The notes: a model not told the origin generated them from the sequence alone. A DNA stretch of 64,000 nucleotides from an uncultured Methanoregulaceae archaeon (GCA_963737635.1 CAVTTL010000001.1:2362822-2426821), one strand, 5' to 3'. Counted from the first letter of the stretch, positions 29,673 through 41,500 are shown. Program-made: numbers and translations.

Positions 29673-32264
29673 ATGAACTTGAACAATTTCACCCTCAAAT
29701 CACAGGAAGCCGTAGAAAAAGCAATGGAGATTGCGGCGGCACACCAGAACCAGGCGATAGAGACGTCGCACTTACTCAAAGGTATGCTGATGGTTGACGA
29801 GTACGTCATCCCACGCCTCCTGAAAAAACTGAACGTGAACCTCGACCTGTTCACGCCTGAACTCGACAAAATCATTGATGCGCTTCCCAAAGTCAGCGGC
29901 GGGGAGCCGTATCTTTCCAATGACGCAAATAAGGCCATCGAGAAAGCAAAGGCGGTCGCCCAGGAATTCAAGGACGAACTCGTCTCTCTCGAATCTCTGC
30001 TCCTCGGCATTTTTTCGGTGAACAACAGCACGTCGCGCCTCCTCAAGGAGAACCGGGTGAGCGAAAAAGACCTGAGAGCGGGCATTGCCGAGCTGCGGAA
30101 AGGGTCTACCGTGAACAGCCCGACCGCGGAAGAGACCTATAATTCCCTCGAAAAATACGCCAGGAACCTCAACGATCTCGCCCGGAGCGGCAAGCTCGAT
30201 CCGGTCATCGGCCGGGACGACGAGATCCGCCGGGTGCTGCAGATTCTTTCCCGGAGAACGAAAAACAACCCCATCCTCATCGGTGAACCGGGTGTCGGAA
30301 AGACCGCAATCGCAGAAGGTCTCGCCCACCGGATCATCGATGGGGATGTCCCGGAAAACCTCAAAAACAAGCAGATCTTTGCCCTTGACATGGGTGCTCT
30401 GATTGCCGGGGCCAAATTCAAAGGCGAGTTCGAGGAGCGGTTAAAAAGCGTGATCAAAGAAGTGACTGCCGCTGAAGGGGAGATTATCCTGTTCATCGAC
30501 GAGATCCATACCCTCGTCGGCGCAGGCGCAAGCGAAGGCGCCATGGACGCCGCCAATATCCTCAAACCAGCGCTTTCACGGGGAGAACTCCACGTCATTG
30601 GCGCGACGACTCTCAAAGAGTTCCAGAAATATTTCGAGAAGGACAAGGCGCTCGAACGGCGGTTCCAGCCGGTGATGGTCAACGAGCCGGATACGCTCGA
30701 TGCCATCTCCATCCTCCGGGGAATCAAGGAGAAATACGAGATCCATCACCATGTCCGGATCAAGGATGAGGCGATCATTGCCGCCGTCGAACTGTCGCAG
30801 CGCTATATCTCCGACCGGTTCCTTCCCGACAAGGCCATCGACCTGATCGACGAGGCGGCATCAAAACTCCGCCTTGAGATCAACTCCAAACCGGAAGAAC
30901 TGGAAACGATTGAACGCAAACTCCGGCAGCTGGAGATCGAACGGGAAGCCATCAAGCGCGAAAAAGACCAGGGGAAACTCAAAGGGCTCAATGCAGAGAT
31001 CGGGAACCTGACCGAGGAGAAAAACCGGGTAACGGCAAAGTGGCAGGCGGAAAAGGATCTCGTCGACCAGATAGATGCGCGGAAAAACGAGATCGAGACC
31101 CTGAAATTCGAGGCTGAACGCGCCGAACGCAACGGCGATCTCGGGAAGGTGGCAGAGATCCGGTACGGCCGGATCCCGGATACCGAGAAGGTCATGGAGG
31201 GCCTCAAGAAGAAGCTCATCGAGCAGCAGAAGGATTCCGCGATGGTGAACGAGGAGGTGGACGCGGAAGAGATCGCCGAAGTAGTTGCACGCTGGACCGG
31301 CATCCCGGTGAGCCGGATGCTGCAGAGCGAGAAACAGAAACTGTTAAACCTTGAGACCGAACTGCACATGCGCGTGGTGGGACAGGACGATGCGATCGAG
31401 GCAGTCTCAGATGCCATCCGGAGGAGCCGTGCCGGGCTGCAGGACACAAAACGCCCGATCGGTTCCTTTATCTTCCTCGGGACGACCGGTGTCGGAAAGA
31501 CCGAGCTCGCAAAAGCGCTCGCGGAATTCCTGTTCAACAACGAGAACAGCATGGTGCGCATCGATATGTCGGAATACCAGGAACGGCATACGGTCTCACG
31601 GCTGGTCGGCGCCCCCCCGGGCTACGTGGGATACGAGGAGAGCGGGCAGCTGACCGAAGCCGTCCGGAGAAAGCCGTATTCGGTGGTACTGCTCGACGAG
31701 ATCGAGAAAGCCCACCCGGATGTGTTCAATATCCTGCTCCAGGTCCTTGACGACGGCCGATTGACCGACAACAAGGGCCGGACCGTGGACTTCAAGAACA
31801 CCATCATTATCATGACCTCCAACATCGGTTCCCACATCATCCAGGAAAACCTGGAGCATGTGACCGACACAAACCGCGACGAGGTCTATAACCAGACCCG
31901 GGAGCAGGTCTTCGAGCTGCTCAAAAAGACCATGCGCCCGGAATTCCTCAACCGGATCGACGAGATCATCATGTTCAAACCGCTCACGAAGGACGAGATC
32001 CACAAGGTCGTCGAGCTGCAGGTGGGTAGTATCCAGAAAATGCTCGAAAAGAGCGGTGTCCGGCTCAAGTTAACCAAAAAAGCCATCCAGTTCATCGCCA
32101 CCCAGGGGTTTGACCCCCAGTTCGGGGCACGACCCATCAAACGGGTGATCCAGAAAAACCTGCTGAATGAACTCTCAAAGATGATCCTGGAAGGAAACGT
32201 AAACAAAGACAAAGAGATTGTCGTTGACGAAAAAGAGGGGAAACTGATTTTCAGGAACGCGTGA
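29673..32264 (+). CDS. clpB: Disaggregase ClpB
   Basis: [15 protein letters not shown], two Walker A motifs, M-domain [20 protein letters not shown]. Confidence 0.95.
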   Translation: MNLNNFTLKSQEAVEKAMEIAAAHQNQAIETSHLLKGMLMVDEYVIPRLLKKLNVNLDLFTPELDKIIDALPKVSGGEPYLSNDANKAIEKAKAVAQEFKDELVSLESLLLGIFSVNNSTSRLLKENRVSEKDLRAGIAELRKGSTVNSPTAEETYNSLEKYARNLNDLARSGKLDPVIGRDDEIRRVLQILSRRTKNNPILIGEPGVGKTAIAEGLAHRIIDGDVPENLKNKQIFALDMGALIAGAKFKGEFEERLKSVIKEVTAAEGEIILFIDEIHTLVGAGASEGAMDAANILKPALSRGELHVIGATTLKEFQKYFEKDKALERRFQPVMVNEPDTLDAISILRGIKEKYEIHHHVRIKDEAIIAAVELSQRYISDRFLPDKAIDLIDEAASKLRLEINSKPEELETIERKLRQLEIEREAIKREKDQGKLKGLNAEIGNLTEEKNRVTAKWQAEKDLVDQIDARKNEIETLKFEAERAERNGDLGKVAEIRYGRIPDTEKVMEGLKKKLIEQQKDSAMVNEEVDAEEIAEVVARWTGIPVSRMLQSEKQKLLNLETELHMRVVGQDDAIEAVSDAIRRSRAGLQDTKRPIGSFIFLGTTGVGKTELAKALAEFLFNNENSMVRIDMSEYQERHTVSRLVGAPPGYVGYEESGQLTEAVRRKPYSVVLLDEIEKAHPDVFNILLQVLDDGRLTDNKGRTVDFKNTIIIMTSNIGSHIIQENLEHVTDTNRDEVYNQTREQVFELLKKTMRPEFLNRIDEIIMFKPLTKDEIHKVVELQVGSIQKMLEKSGVRLKLTKKAIQFIATQGFDPQFGARPIKRVIQKNLLNELSKMILEGNVNKDKEIVVDEKEGKLIFRNA

Positions 32265-32322
32265 TCGGCCGGATACGAAGGAGAAAGTATCTTTTTTAAT
32301 CTCCCGCTGCTTATATCTCATC

Positions 32323-32739
32323 ATGAGCGGGCAGGAGGAAAGGGGACGTATCATCAATCTGATACAGGACGTGATGGCATCCTTTCCTTCATTGCGGGTA
32401 GCATATCTCTACGGATCGTTTCTTTCCCGCGATGATTTCCGCGATATCGATATTGCACTGCTTGCGGATGAACAGGTTTGCAGGGACGATCCCCTTTTCT
32501 ATGCCTCGCGGGTTGCGGATGCCCTCGGGAGGGCCCTTGCATTCCGGTACGAATGCGATGTCAGGGTCATCAACCACGAGCCGGTCTGGTTCCAGTATGA
32601 GGTGATCAGTTCGGGTCGAGCGGTGTTTGTCTGCGATGGGGACGACCGGATCGATTTCGAGACCCGGGTGCTGGTCGAGTACCAGGACATAAAGTTCACG
32701 TACGATCTCTTTGACCGGGAATATCTTGCACAGGCCTGA
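32323..32739 (+). CDS. MNT nucleotidyltransferase antitoxin (MntA-like)
   Basis: AYLYGSF...RDIDIA. Confidence 0.85.
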   Translation: MSGQEERGRIINLIQDVMASFPSLRVAYLYGSFLSRDDFRDIDIALLADEQVCRDDPLFYASRVADALGRALAFRYECDVRVINHEPVWFQYEVISSGRAVFVCDGDDRIDFETRVLVEYQDIKFTYDLFDREYLAQA

Positions 32740-32740
32740 T

Positions 32741-33166
32741 ATGCGACTCCTTGCACAGGTACAGTCTCTCGATGAAGCGCTTGAGGCATGGCAGCGTTAC
32801 CGACAGATCCCGTTTGAGAAGTTCGAACGCGAGAAAGATACGCAGTACATGGTCTGCCATGCGATGCTCCTTGCCATTCAGGCGTCCATTGACCTTGCAA
32901 CCGGCATGGCGGTGATGAAGACCCCGCGCCGGCCTGACACCTACCGTGAGACCTTCAATGTGCTGGGAAACTCTGCAATTATCCCGGAAGAGCTTGCCGC
33001 CGGGATGGCAAAACTCGCCGGGTTCCGGAACATCCTTGTGCACGAGTATACCGGCCTTGATACCCGCCACATCCACCGGATCCTCATGGAGAACTGGGAT
33101 ACGATGGACCGGTTCAGGAAACTGGTAAAAAAATTCATCCGGGAACAGGAAAAATACGGGGAATGA
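32741..33166 (+). CDS. HEPN (DUF86/HepT-like) toxin
   Basis: PDTYRETF, GFRNILVHEY. Confidence 0.85.
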   Translation: MRLLAQVQSLDEALEAWQRYRQIPFEKFEREKDTQYMVCHAMLLAIQASIDLATGMAVMKTPRRPDTYRETFNVLGNSAIIPEELAAGMAKLAGFRNILVHEYTGLDTRHIHRILMENWDTMDRFRKLVKKFIREQEKYGE

Positions 33167-33242
33167 GCACTTCTTTTTTTCCTATTTCTACAGAGCCCTT
33201 TTTTTTATCCTTCATAAGAGGGGTGATCTGAACCGGATCCAT

Positions 33243-34365
33243 CTACCCCGGCATGTTCGCCTTCACCCAGGCATACGTGCCTTTCCGGTCGTACACGTGC
33301 GTGATAATGTAATTGTAGACGTCTGCATAGTCCTGATCGAGTGTTTCCTGCTCGCGGTACGAGGCAAGTTCAGCGTTATAAGACGAGACAAGCGCGTTCT
33401 GGGAAGAGACCTGTGCATTATAACCCGCGATATTTCCTGCACTTCGCATGGCACTCATCTGCGCATCGAGCCCGGCAATCTGTCCTTGTTTTGTCGCGAT
33501 ATCGGCCGTGAGCGGTTTGACCTGCGTTCCAATACTGATCGCTTTCTGCGCCGAGAGGTTGGACATATCGTTTATGTATGCTGTTTCCGCACCGCTGGTA
33601 TACACCGTTGTACCGTTCCCCACCGGGATGACCATCGGTTCGGAGGTGAGAATCACGCCCCCTTCGAGTTCAGCGGGCGGTATTCCCACATAGGAAAGAT
33701 TGGTTGTCTCAAGGTAGGCAAACCCGGTGTCCTTATAGAACGAATCGGGGGAGCCCACACCAAGCGCCATATGGGATTCGGGATCGAACACCAAAAGCGA
33801 GACCTTGTATCCTTCCCGGGAGAGGAGCCCGGCAAGAAGCAGGCTCTTGTCGGCACAGTCCCCGGTCCCTTCCACCAGCGTCTCGACCGGGTACTTCGCC
33901 TGCTGTCCGGGCCTGCTCTGGTAGGGAAGGGACTGGATATAGGTTGCCATAAGTTCGAGGTACTCGTCGCTTGAAAGTCCCTGGTCATCCCGGATCTTCC
34001 GGAACTGGGCGATAAGATCGGCGTACATCGAGTCCTGCGCCGGATCGTCGATCATCTCCAGGTAGACTGGCTGACACCCACGTGTTCTCGGAGACATTAC
34101 CATAGATGGAGACTGACCGGGCAGTCGATTGTGCTGCCTGGTAGACAGCGGCATCGACCGGCACCGAGATAGTGACCTGGCTCTTCTCAAACAGGAATGT
34201 ACTCGTGGCATTAACCGGCGCCGATTCTCCCGTGCCCACTTCGATGTGGGGAACGACAACCGATTGCCGGGTAAACAGGCAACCTGCAGCAAGGGCTACG
34301 GCGAATACTACGATAATGAGTACTACGAGATAGAGGTCCGGGCGGTGCGATAGCACCGTGGTCAC
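33243..34365 (-). CDS. Lipoprotein with transglutaminase-like cysteine domain, frameshift near 34065
   Basis: AAGC lipobox; YPVETL...GDCADKSLLLA, HMALGV, YLETT; coiled C-terminus. Confidence 0.7.
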
Positions 34366-34835
34366 TTCCCGAGGATCCCCTCTGCAAACTGGCGCACGGT
34401 ATCCTCGTACAACCCGCCATCCACGTCATTTTCTACGGTAACGGCTGAGGACACAAAGTGCATGCCTTTCTTCTCGAGCTGATGCTGCACGACCTCGATC
34501 GGGCGGTCTGGGCCAGGATTACCGCGCTCCACGAGCACGTGGAACGGTTTTCCTTCGATGCCGGTCACGAGGGAAAGATACATGTTGACATACGGCGGGA
34601 CCTTGGTTGCCCAGACAGGTGTTGCGATCACGAGCGTGTCAACGTCGGCAAGATCGGTTTTGCAGGGTTTGATGGGGCAGTTCATAGACATGAGCGCTTC
34701 GATGACGCCGAAGGCAAGGTTCACGCGGCCGGCGGGCTCGATCCGGACAAGCTCTGCGCCCAGCGTGCCGGCAAGTGCTGTTGCCACAGTCTGGGTATGT
34801 CCCGTGCGGGAATAATAAACGATAAGGACGGTCAT
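34362..34835 (-). CDS. Flavodoxin family protein
   Basis: LIVYYSRTGHT, IATPVWA. Confidence 0.85.
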   Translation of the reverse strand: MTVLIVYYSRTGHTQTVATALAGTLGAELVRIEPAGRVNLAFGVIEALMSMNCPIKPCKTDLADVDTLVIATPVWATKVPPYVNMYLSLVTGIEGKPFHVLVERGNPGPDRPIEVVQHQLEKKGMHFVSSAVTVENDVDGGLYEDTVRQFAEGILGK

Positions 34836-35199
34836 GGATTCAATCCCCTGGTCGGCGGCTTTGAGCCATGGAATGGTGGTGCCCGAGGATCTCCCGGGCC
34901 GTGCTGAACTTTTCTTACGTTCATATTAGCGCTGGCAAGTATATAGTTTTCTTAAAAACTCTAGATCAAAAAGGAAAACTATATTCATATGAGAGAAACA
35001 CCGGAGTCTGCATAATGTGTGCCGGCAGTTCCCGGGTTTAGCACAGACTCATTCATCGTAATGAAGCCGGGCGCGTTTTCGATCAACAATCCTGATAAAC
35101 ATCGCGATCAAAGGACTAACCACGAACTGGAGCATGCAAAAGACCGGTGAACCGGCATGAAGCCGGTGAGTCTCTTGCGGTGGTACCAGGAGTTATACC

Positions 35200-36104
35200 A
35201 TGATCCTCAAGGATTTTCTTGCTGAAGCCGGAACGGAAAAAAATCTTGCCGGGCTTATTCTCTTCCTGAGCGAACAGGCAGGCGAGATAAAAACGGGATT
35301 TCTTGCAAACTGCATGAATACCGGGGACTGCGGCACCCAAAACATCTTCGGGGAAGACCAGAAGCCTCTTGACAAGTTCGCCGACGATATATTTGTCAAC
35401 GCGCTCATACAATCCCGTCTCGTCCGGTACATCGCGACCGAAGAGCAGGAAAAGATCATCGAGGTCGACAAGGCAAAGAATAATTTCGGCGTTGTTATCG
35501 ACCCGCTCGATGGCTCCTCGCTCATCGATGTCAACCTCTGCGTCGGCTCCATCATCGGGATCTATCCCGGCGATGTCCTCGAAAAGGGATCCCGGATGAT
35601 CGCCTCCATGTACATGCTGTACGGGCCTCTTACGCTTCTCACGTTTACCACCAAACACGGCGTGCACGAATTCGTCCAGCGCGAAGACGGGGAATTTGTC
35701 CTGCGCCACCGCGACATACATATTCCCGACGGCAAGATCCATTCTCCCGGGGCGCTGCGCAGGGACTATCTCGAACCCCACGCACAGTGGATCGGCCATC
35801 TCGAGAACGAGGGCTACAAACTCCGGTTCAGCGGCTGTTTTGTCGCTGACGTCCACCAGATCCTCCACAAAGGCGGGGTGTTTACGTACCCGGGTACAAG
35901 GGAAAGGAGACCGGGAAACTGCGCCTCCTCTACGAGGCAAACCCCATGGCCATGATCATCTGCGAGGCCGGGGGGGCGGTCAGCGACGGGCACCGGGATT
36001 ACCGGGAGATCACGCCGTCATCGATCGATCAGGTCACGCCCATTTACATCGGCGGCAAAAAGGAGATCGCAAAGATTGAAAAATATATGAAGGAAGGTAC
36101 GTAA
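35200..36104 (+). CDS. fbp: Fructose-1,6-bisphosphatase class I, frameshift near 35900
   Basis: [37 protein letters not shown]; [12 protein letters not shown] in shifted frame. Confidence 0.9.
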
Positions 36105-36116
36105 AGGAGCAGCATC

Positions 36117-37257
36117 ATGAACACGCACACCTTTGAGCCGATCCCGGGCTCGACCATTTTAACCGGGGTGAACGGCAAAAAAGCCATCGTCATGGCCGCA
36201 AACGTCCGCATCGCGACGGTTGCCGAAGGCATTTTCAAAGCAGCAAAAGACACCGATTCAGCGGTCTTCATGGAACTCGCCCGGTCGGAATCCGATCTTA
36301 CCGGCGGGTACACCGGTATGACCCCGCAGGTCTTCTCGGAGAAGATGCACGCCGCAGCAGCGGCGACGGGGTGCGACGTCTGGGCGCTTCATGCAGATCA
36401 CATCTCGATCAAAAAGGGGGACGCCGCCGAGATCCTGGGAACAAAACAGCTGATCGATGCGCAGGTGAGTGCCGGGTACACCTCCTTTGCCATCGATGCC
36501 TCGCACCTCTTCAACTTCCAGGGAAAGAATGTCCGGGAGGAACTCGCGCAGAACATCCAGGTCACGTCCGAGATCGCTAAGTATATCCAGCAAAAAATGA
36601 AGGGCCGGGACTTTGGCCTTGAAGTGGAAGTGGGGGAGATCGGGAGGAAAGATACCGAAGGCCTGATCCTCACCAAGCCCGAGGAAGCGGTCGGCTTTAT
36701 CAAGGCCCTCAACGAAAACGAGGTCTACCCCAACGTGATCGCTATCGCAAACGGGAGTTCGCACGGCCATTCCTACGATGCCAACGGGAACGTTGTCGAA
36801 CAGACTCTCGATCGATATCCCCCGGACACAGGCTATCGCTCAGGCGCTCCGGGACAACCATCTCACGGTCGGGATCGCCCAGCACGGCATCACCGGCACC
36901 CCCCGGGATCTCATCAACCTGCACTTCCCCAAAGGCGATATCATCAAGGGAAATGTCGGTACCTTCTGGCAGGATGTTGCGTTTGGCATCCTGAAGATCT
37001 ACGAGCCGAAGCTGTACAAGGATATCATGGACTGGACGCTGGAGAAATACCGGCCCGACAACCCGGGCAAAAAAGACCGTCAGATTATCGACGGCAACTG
37101 CAAGAACGCGATAAAAGTCTTCTATAAAGAAATCTACGCAGTCGACGAAGATACCAACAAGGCCATGCAGGCAATGGCGTACGCAGAAAGCTTAGTCTTC
37201 TTCAAGGCATTCGGTTCGTACGGGACTGCATCGGCCATCCGGAAGTCCCTGCAGTAA
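36117..37257 (+). CDS. fba: Class II fructose-bisphosphate aldolase, frameshift near 36805
   Basis: ALHADH, YTSFAIDASH, LEVEVGEIG, NGSSHG, AQHGITG, KGNVGT. Confidence 0.85.
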
Positions 37258-37324
37258 GGCGGGCGGCTTTTTTCTTCCCCAACCATTTTAGGTTCCCGGA
37301 AACCATCACCTACTGTGAACCGTT

Positions 37325-38422
37325 ATGCCAAAGACCACGATCTCCGTCATTAAAGCGGATGTGGGAAGTTTTCCCGGCCATTCCCGCACCCACCCCAAGC
37401 TCCTCGAAAAGGCGGCACAGATGCTCAAAGCCGAGCGGGGTTCGCTGCTTATCGATTCCTTTGTGACCCACTGCGGCGACGATCTCGAGCTCATTATGAC
37501 CCACACCCGGGGGGTTGACAACGAGGAGATCCACCAGCTTGCCTGGAACGTTTTCCTGGAATGTACCGCCATCGCAAAAGACCTCAAACTGTACGGTGCA
37601 GGCCAGGACATGCTCGCCGATGCGTTCTCGGGGAATGTCAGGGGCATGGGCCCGGGAGTCGCCGAGATGGAGTTCGAAGAGCGGGGTTCGGATCCGGTCA
37701 TGATTTTTATGGCTGACAAGACCGAACCCGGCGCATGGAACTTCTACCTGTACAAGATCTTCGCCGATCCCTTCAATACCCCCGGGCTCGTCATCGATCC
37801 TGCCCTGCACGACGGCTTTGTGTTCGAAGTCCACGATCTGGTCAAAAAACGAAACGTGAGATTCTCCTGCCCCAAAGAGAGTTACAACATGCTTGCCTAT
37901 ATCGGGGCACCCTCCCGGTACGTCATCAAACACGTCTATAAAAAGGACGGCACGATCGCAGCCGCGACCAGTACCCAGCGCCTCAATATGACGGCTGGAC
38001 GGTATGTCGGAAAGGATGACCCGGTTATGATCGTCCGGGCGCAGAGCGGTTTTCCCTCCATGGGCGAGGTGATCGAGCCGTTTACTATCCCGGTGCTTGT
38101 TGCAGGCTGGATGCGCGGATCCCACCACGGCCCGTTTATGCCGGTCGGCCTCTGTGATGCCAACTGCACCCGGTTCGACGGCCCGCCCCGGGTCATCTGT
38201 TTCGGGTTCCAGGTCACCAACGGCACCCTGATCGGCCCGGCCGATATGTTCGATGACCCCGGGTTCGACCGGGTCAGGGCGCGATGCAACGAGCTCGCCG
38301 ATACGATCCGTGCGCAGGGTCCCTTTGAACCCCACCGGCTCTCCCTCGACGAGATGGAGTACACCACCCTCCCTGACGTCGAACGGGCACTGGAAAAACG
38401 ATGGGAGCCGCTTACAGAATAA
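37325..38422 (+). CDS. Bifunctional FBP aldolase/phosphatase (class V)
   Basis: ISVIKADVG, GDD, LYGAGQD, DKTEPGAWN, RYVGKDDP, GWMRGSH, GPFEPHRL...EYT. Confidence 0.95.
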   Translation: MPKTTISVIKADVGSFPGHSRTHPKLLEKAAQMLKAERGSLLIDSFVTHCGDDLELIMTHTRGVDNEEIHQLAWNVFLECTAIAKDLKLYGAGQDMLADAFSGNVRGMGPGVAEMEFEERGSDPVMIFMADKTEPGAWNFYLYKIFADPFNTPGLVIDPALHDGFVFEVHDLVKKRNVRFSCPKESYNMLAYIGAPSRYVIKHVYKKDGTIAAATSTQRLNMTAGRYVGKDDPVMIVRAQSGFPSMGEVIEPFTIPVLVAGWMRGSHHGPFMPVGLCDANCTRFDGPPRVICFGFQVTNGTLIGPADMFDDPGFDRVRARCNELADTIRAQGPFEPHRLSLDEMEYTTLPDVERALEKRWEPLTE

Positions 38423-38530
38423 TTCCGGGAAGGGGATTTGTCTCATACTACACCGGTAAGAATACGGCCCGGTTCCTTCTCCCGGCCCTCCTAGCAAACT
38501 TTAATTATCTTCCGACCCAAATCAGGACAG

Positions 38531-38767
38531 ATGGTTAACGGAATTGTTTTGCCCATAAAGAAAGTGTTTGCCCTCGTAGATTCCAAGATCGTTGTGGAGA
38601 TCAAGGATGAGGGACGCAAACTACAGGGCCGGCTTGTAGCGGTGGACGAATATCTCAATATCCATATGGACGAGACGATCGAATTTATCAACAACGAGCG
38701 CGGGCGCAGTCTGGGCACCGTTGTTATCCGGGGTAATAATATTCTTACCATTGCCCCGGCCCTCTGA
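38531..38767 (+). CDS. Archaeal Sm/Lsm protein
   Basis: GRLVAVDEYLNI, LGTVVIRGNNI. Confidence 0.9.
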   Translation: MVNGIVLPIKKVFALVDSKIVVEIKDEGRKLQGRLVAVDEYLNIHMDETIEFINNERGRSLGTVVIRGNNILTIAPAL

Positions 38768-38790
38768 CGATGAAAGGAGGAGGTTCTGCA

Positions 38791-39135
38791 ATGCCTGAAG
38801 CCGAAGATGAAGCATTTGCCCTGATCCAGTCGCACCCGGAAGGGATCCTCCAGAGCGAACTCTGGAAGGAACTTGGGGTAGACAGCCGGAAATGTTCGAG
38901 GATCGTAAAGAAACTCGAAGATAACGGGCTTATCGACCGGGTTGAATATAAAAAAGAGGGGATCAAGACGTATCTCCTCAAAGCAAAGAGGCAGCCGGTC
39001 CATCCCGAAGACCTGCTCGCCGGTGACGAACTGATCCCCTGCATCTCCTGCGACCTTGAATGTGTCGTGGACGAGTGCCACCCCCTGATGGACTGGATGT
39101 ACCAGCTCGCTATTGTCGGGAGCGGCAACCAGTAA
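38791..39135 (+). CDS. TFE-beta / RPC34-like winged-helix protein with Cys cluster
   Basis: GILQSELWKELGVDSRKCSRIVKKLE plus PCISCDLECVVDEC..L.DW. Confidence 0.7.
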   Translation: MPEAEDEAFALIQSHPEGILQSELWKELGVDSRKCSRIVKKLEDNGLIDRVEYKKEGIKTYLLKAKRQPVHPEDLLAGDELIPCISCDLECVVDECHPLMDWMYQLAIVGSGNQ

Positions 39136-39176
39136 CCGGTTCTTCCGGTCATAGATTGCTTACCTTTTTTGCTCCT

Positions 39177-39674
39177 ATGACCCGCCTTACCTTACCGCTC
39201 ATGTGCGAATGCCTGCTCTTTTTTGTACCTCTCAACATCTATGTTATCGGCAATCACCTGGCAAATGGCATGCAGTGGGCGCTCTTCCGGTACCAGACGA
39301 GTGCCATGGGAAACAGCCTGATTCTTGTACATAGGGATATCCAGTTCGTGATCCAGGGGGTGCTCAGGGGTTCAAGTGCCTCTTCAACCATTGTCTGGGT
39401 GTCCGGGGCCTTTCTCCTCGTCGCGGCGACTATTGTCCTCGCGATTGCCGCCGCACGACGCGTGCCCTGTTGTGTAAAATCCGCGGGAATCCTCACCGTC
39501 ATCTCCGGGGTGCTCTTCCTCGCTGCAATGCTTGTCCAGTACGGGCCCACCCTTGCCAACAATCACGGCTCTTCCGTTCCGGTCGGCGTCCCGCTTGTCA
39601 TTATTGTCGGTATATGGCTCCTTGTCGGGAAATTCGATGCCGGTGAAAGGGATACCGAAAACGACGCGGGATAA
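39177..39674 (+). CDS. Hypothetical four-TM membrane protein
   Basis: PLNIYVIG...G.QWALFRYQ; hydrophobic segments. Confidence 0.65.
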   Translation: MTRLTLPLMCECLLFFVPLNIYVIGNHLANGMQWALFRYQTSAMGNSLILVHRDIQFVIQGVLRGSSASSTIVWVSGAFLLVAATIVLAIAAARRVPCCVKSAGILTVISGVLFLAAMLVQYGPTLANNHGSSVPVGVPLVIIVGIWLLVGKFDAGERDTENDAG

Positions 39675-39820
39675 ATCCCTGCCCGGGCCGTAGGTGCAGC
39701 GGATTTTCCCGTCATACATTGCCCGAAACGGACAGTTTCCTTCATCCAGACAACTATTTATTGCAAAAACTGAAGAGATCATACGGTATACACCCTCGTG
39801 GAAATCCCGGGAGTTCTTCC

Positions 39821-41500
39821 ATGATATCTGTCCTGTTCGTCGATGACAACACTGATTTTCTGGCCCAGTTCCGACCGGTCCTTGAAAAGACCGGGGAGGT
39901 GCGGCTCGAGGTCGTGGCCTCCACCAAGCAGGCAATCGAGAAGCTCAAGAACCGGGCCTTTGACGTTATCGTCTGTTACGAAGAGATCTCACCGGTCAAT
40001 GGGATCGAGTTTGTCTCCGATATGGACGGTATCGCCTTTTTGCGCTATCTCCGGTCCATGGGAAACCCTACGCCGGTCATCATCTTCCACCGGAAGGGTG
40101 AGACCCGGGTTGCCTTCGAGGAGGTCAGTAATGGCGGGGAGATCGTCTTTTCCCGGGCCGCAGACCTGCGTTCACCGGCTGCAGATCTGGTTACGCTCGT
40201 CAAACAGGCAGCACTGCGCAAGAAATCGGAACGCGACATTAAACTGCAGAACGACCAACTGACCGCGATCCTTTCGGCAACGCCGCTCGGGATATTCCAG
40301 ATGCGAAACGCCGTTATCGAATGGATCAACCATCCCTTTTCGGCGCTCATGGGGGCCCCTGAGTCTGCCATCATGGGAAAACCGGTCCGGTCGCTTTTCA
40401 GGACCGACGAAGAATTTATGCAGGTCTGCCGGGACCTCCAGATCCACCGGGATGTGCTGGGGAACGGTTGCGCGGACTGCGAACTCGTGCGTCCCGGGGG
40501 CAGTATTATTGCCTGTACCCTGCAGGCCCGGCTCCTCGATCCGCTGGATGCAAAAAAAGGCGGCACGGTCGTCGTGACCGATGTCTCTGACAAAAAGAAG
40601 ATGCGGGATGCGCTCAAAGAGAGCGAGGCGAAGTACCGCGAGATGATGCAGAACACCCAGAGCATTATCGTGCGCATGGATACCCAGGGTGTCATCACCT
40701 ATGTCAATTCCTTCACGGCATCGTTCTTCGATTATCCCGAGTCCGGCCTTATAGGAAAGAATGTCGTGGGGACGATCGCGCCGGAGAAGAACCGGGGCGG
40801 CCACGATCTCTCGATGATGGCAAACGACCTGGGGTTCAATGCCGAGGGGTACGCGATCAACGTCAGCGAGAATATCCGCAGGAACGGGGATATTGTCTGG
40901 ATCGCGTGGATCAACAAAGCGATCCGTGACCCGCAGGGCCATATCATCGAAGTACTCTGCATCGGCCATGACATCACCGACCGGAAACAGACCGGCGAGG
41001 TGCGGATCAGCACCGATACCTGGAAGGATCAGGTCGTCGCCGATACCGATGTACGAGAAGAAGTCTTTGATTCCGTCTTCCATATCTGCACCGAGATCTC
41101 GATCGAAGGCAGGGAAGGAAAAGCAGTCGGCACGACGTTTCTGATCGGCGACACAAAGAATGTGCTCGCCAAGTCCCGGCAGATCATGCTCAATGCCTTT
41201 GAAGGTCACCAGCCTGAGATGCGCATGGTGACGAATGCCGATCTTAAGGAAAATATCAAGGAGTTTGCCCAGCTTGACGGAGCATTTGTTGTCTCGGGCG
41301 ACGGGTTTATCGAGGCCTCGGGACGGTATATTACCGTGGACTCGAGCAAAGTGACGCTTCCCAAAGGTATGGGGACGCGGCACAACTCGGTCGCTGCGAT
41401 CACCAGCGTGACCCGGGCCGTGGGTATCGTGGTCTCCCAGAGCGGCGGCGGGATCACGATCTTCAAGAACGGGCAGATCTTAAAGAAGATTACGCTGTAG
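39821..41500 (+). CDS. Receiver-like + PAS + PAS + DisA_N diadenylate cyclase
   Basis: VLFVDDN; two PAS/PAC; EGREGK.VGT, KEFAQLDGAFVV, GMGTRHNS, VVSQSGG. Confidence 0.85.
   Translation: MISVLFVDDNTDFLAQFRPVLEKTGEVRLEVVASTKQAIEKLKNRAFDVIVCYEEISPVNGIEFVSDMDGIAFLRYLRSMGNPTPVIIFHRKGETRVAFEEVSNGGEIVFSRAADLRSPAADLVTLVKQAALRKKSERDIKLQNDQLTAILSATPLGIFQMRNAVIEWINHPFSALMGAPESAIMGKPVRSLFRTDEEFMQVCRDLQIHRDVLGNGCADCELVRPGGSIIACTLQARLLDPLDAKKGGTVVVTDVSDKKKMRDALKESEAKYREMMQNTQSIIVRMDTQGVITYVNSFTASFFDYPESGLIGKNVVGTIAPEKNRGGHDLSMMANDLGFNAEGYAINVSENIRRNGDIVWIAWINKAIRDPQGHIIEVLCIGHDITDRKQTGEVRISTDTWKDQVVADTDVREEVFDSVFHICTEISIEGREGKAVGTTFLIGDTKNVLAKSRQIMLNAFEGHQPEMRMVTNADLKENIKEFAQLDGAFVVSGDGFIEASGRYITVDSSKVTLPKGMGTRHNSVAAITSVTRAVGIVVSQSGGGITIFKNGQILKKITL

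Noticed and set aside
26000-37257. Frameshifts in grpE, dnaK, fbp, fba and others as programmed frameshifting or mass pseudogenisation
   Set aside because: Single-base indels are scattered across unrelated genes, including conserved ones and the bacterial segment, often at short homopolymers; long-read error is the simplest explanation.
37310-38497. Long antisense ORFs (also 40172-41383, 30803-31561, 35116-35940)
   Set aside because: Shadow frames of well-supported genes on the opposite strand in GC-rich coding DNA.
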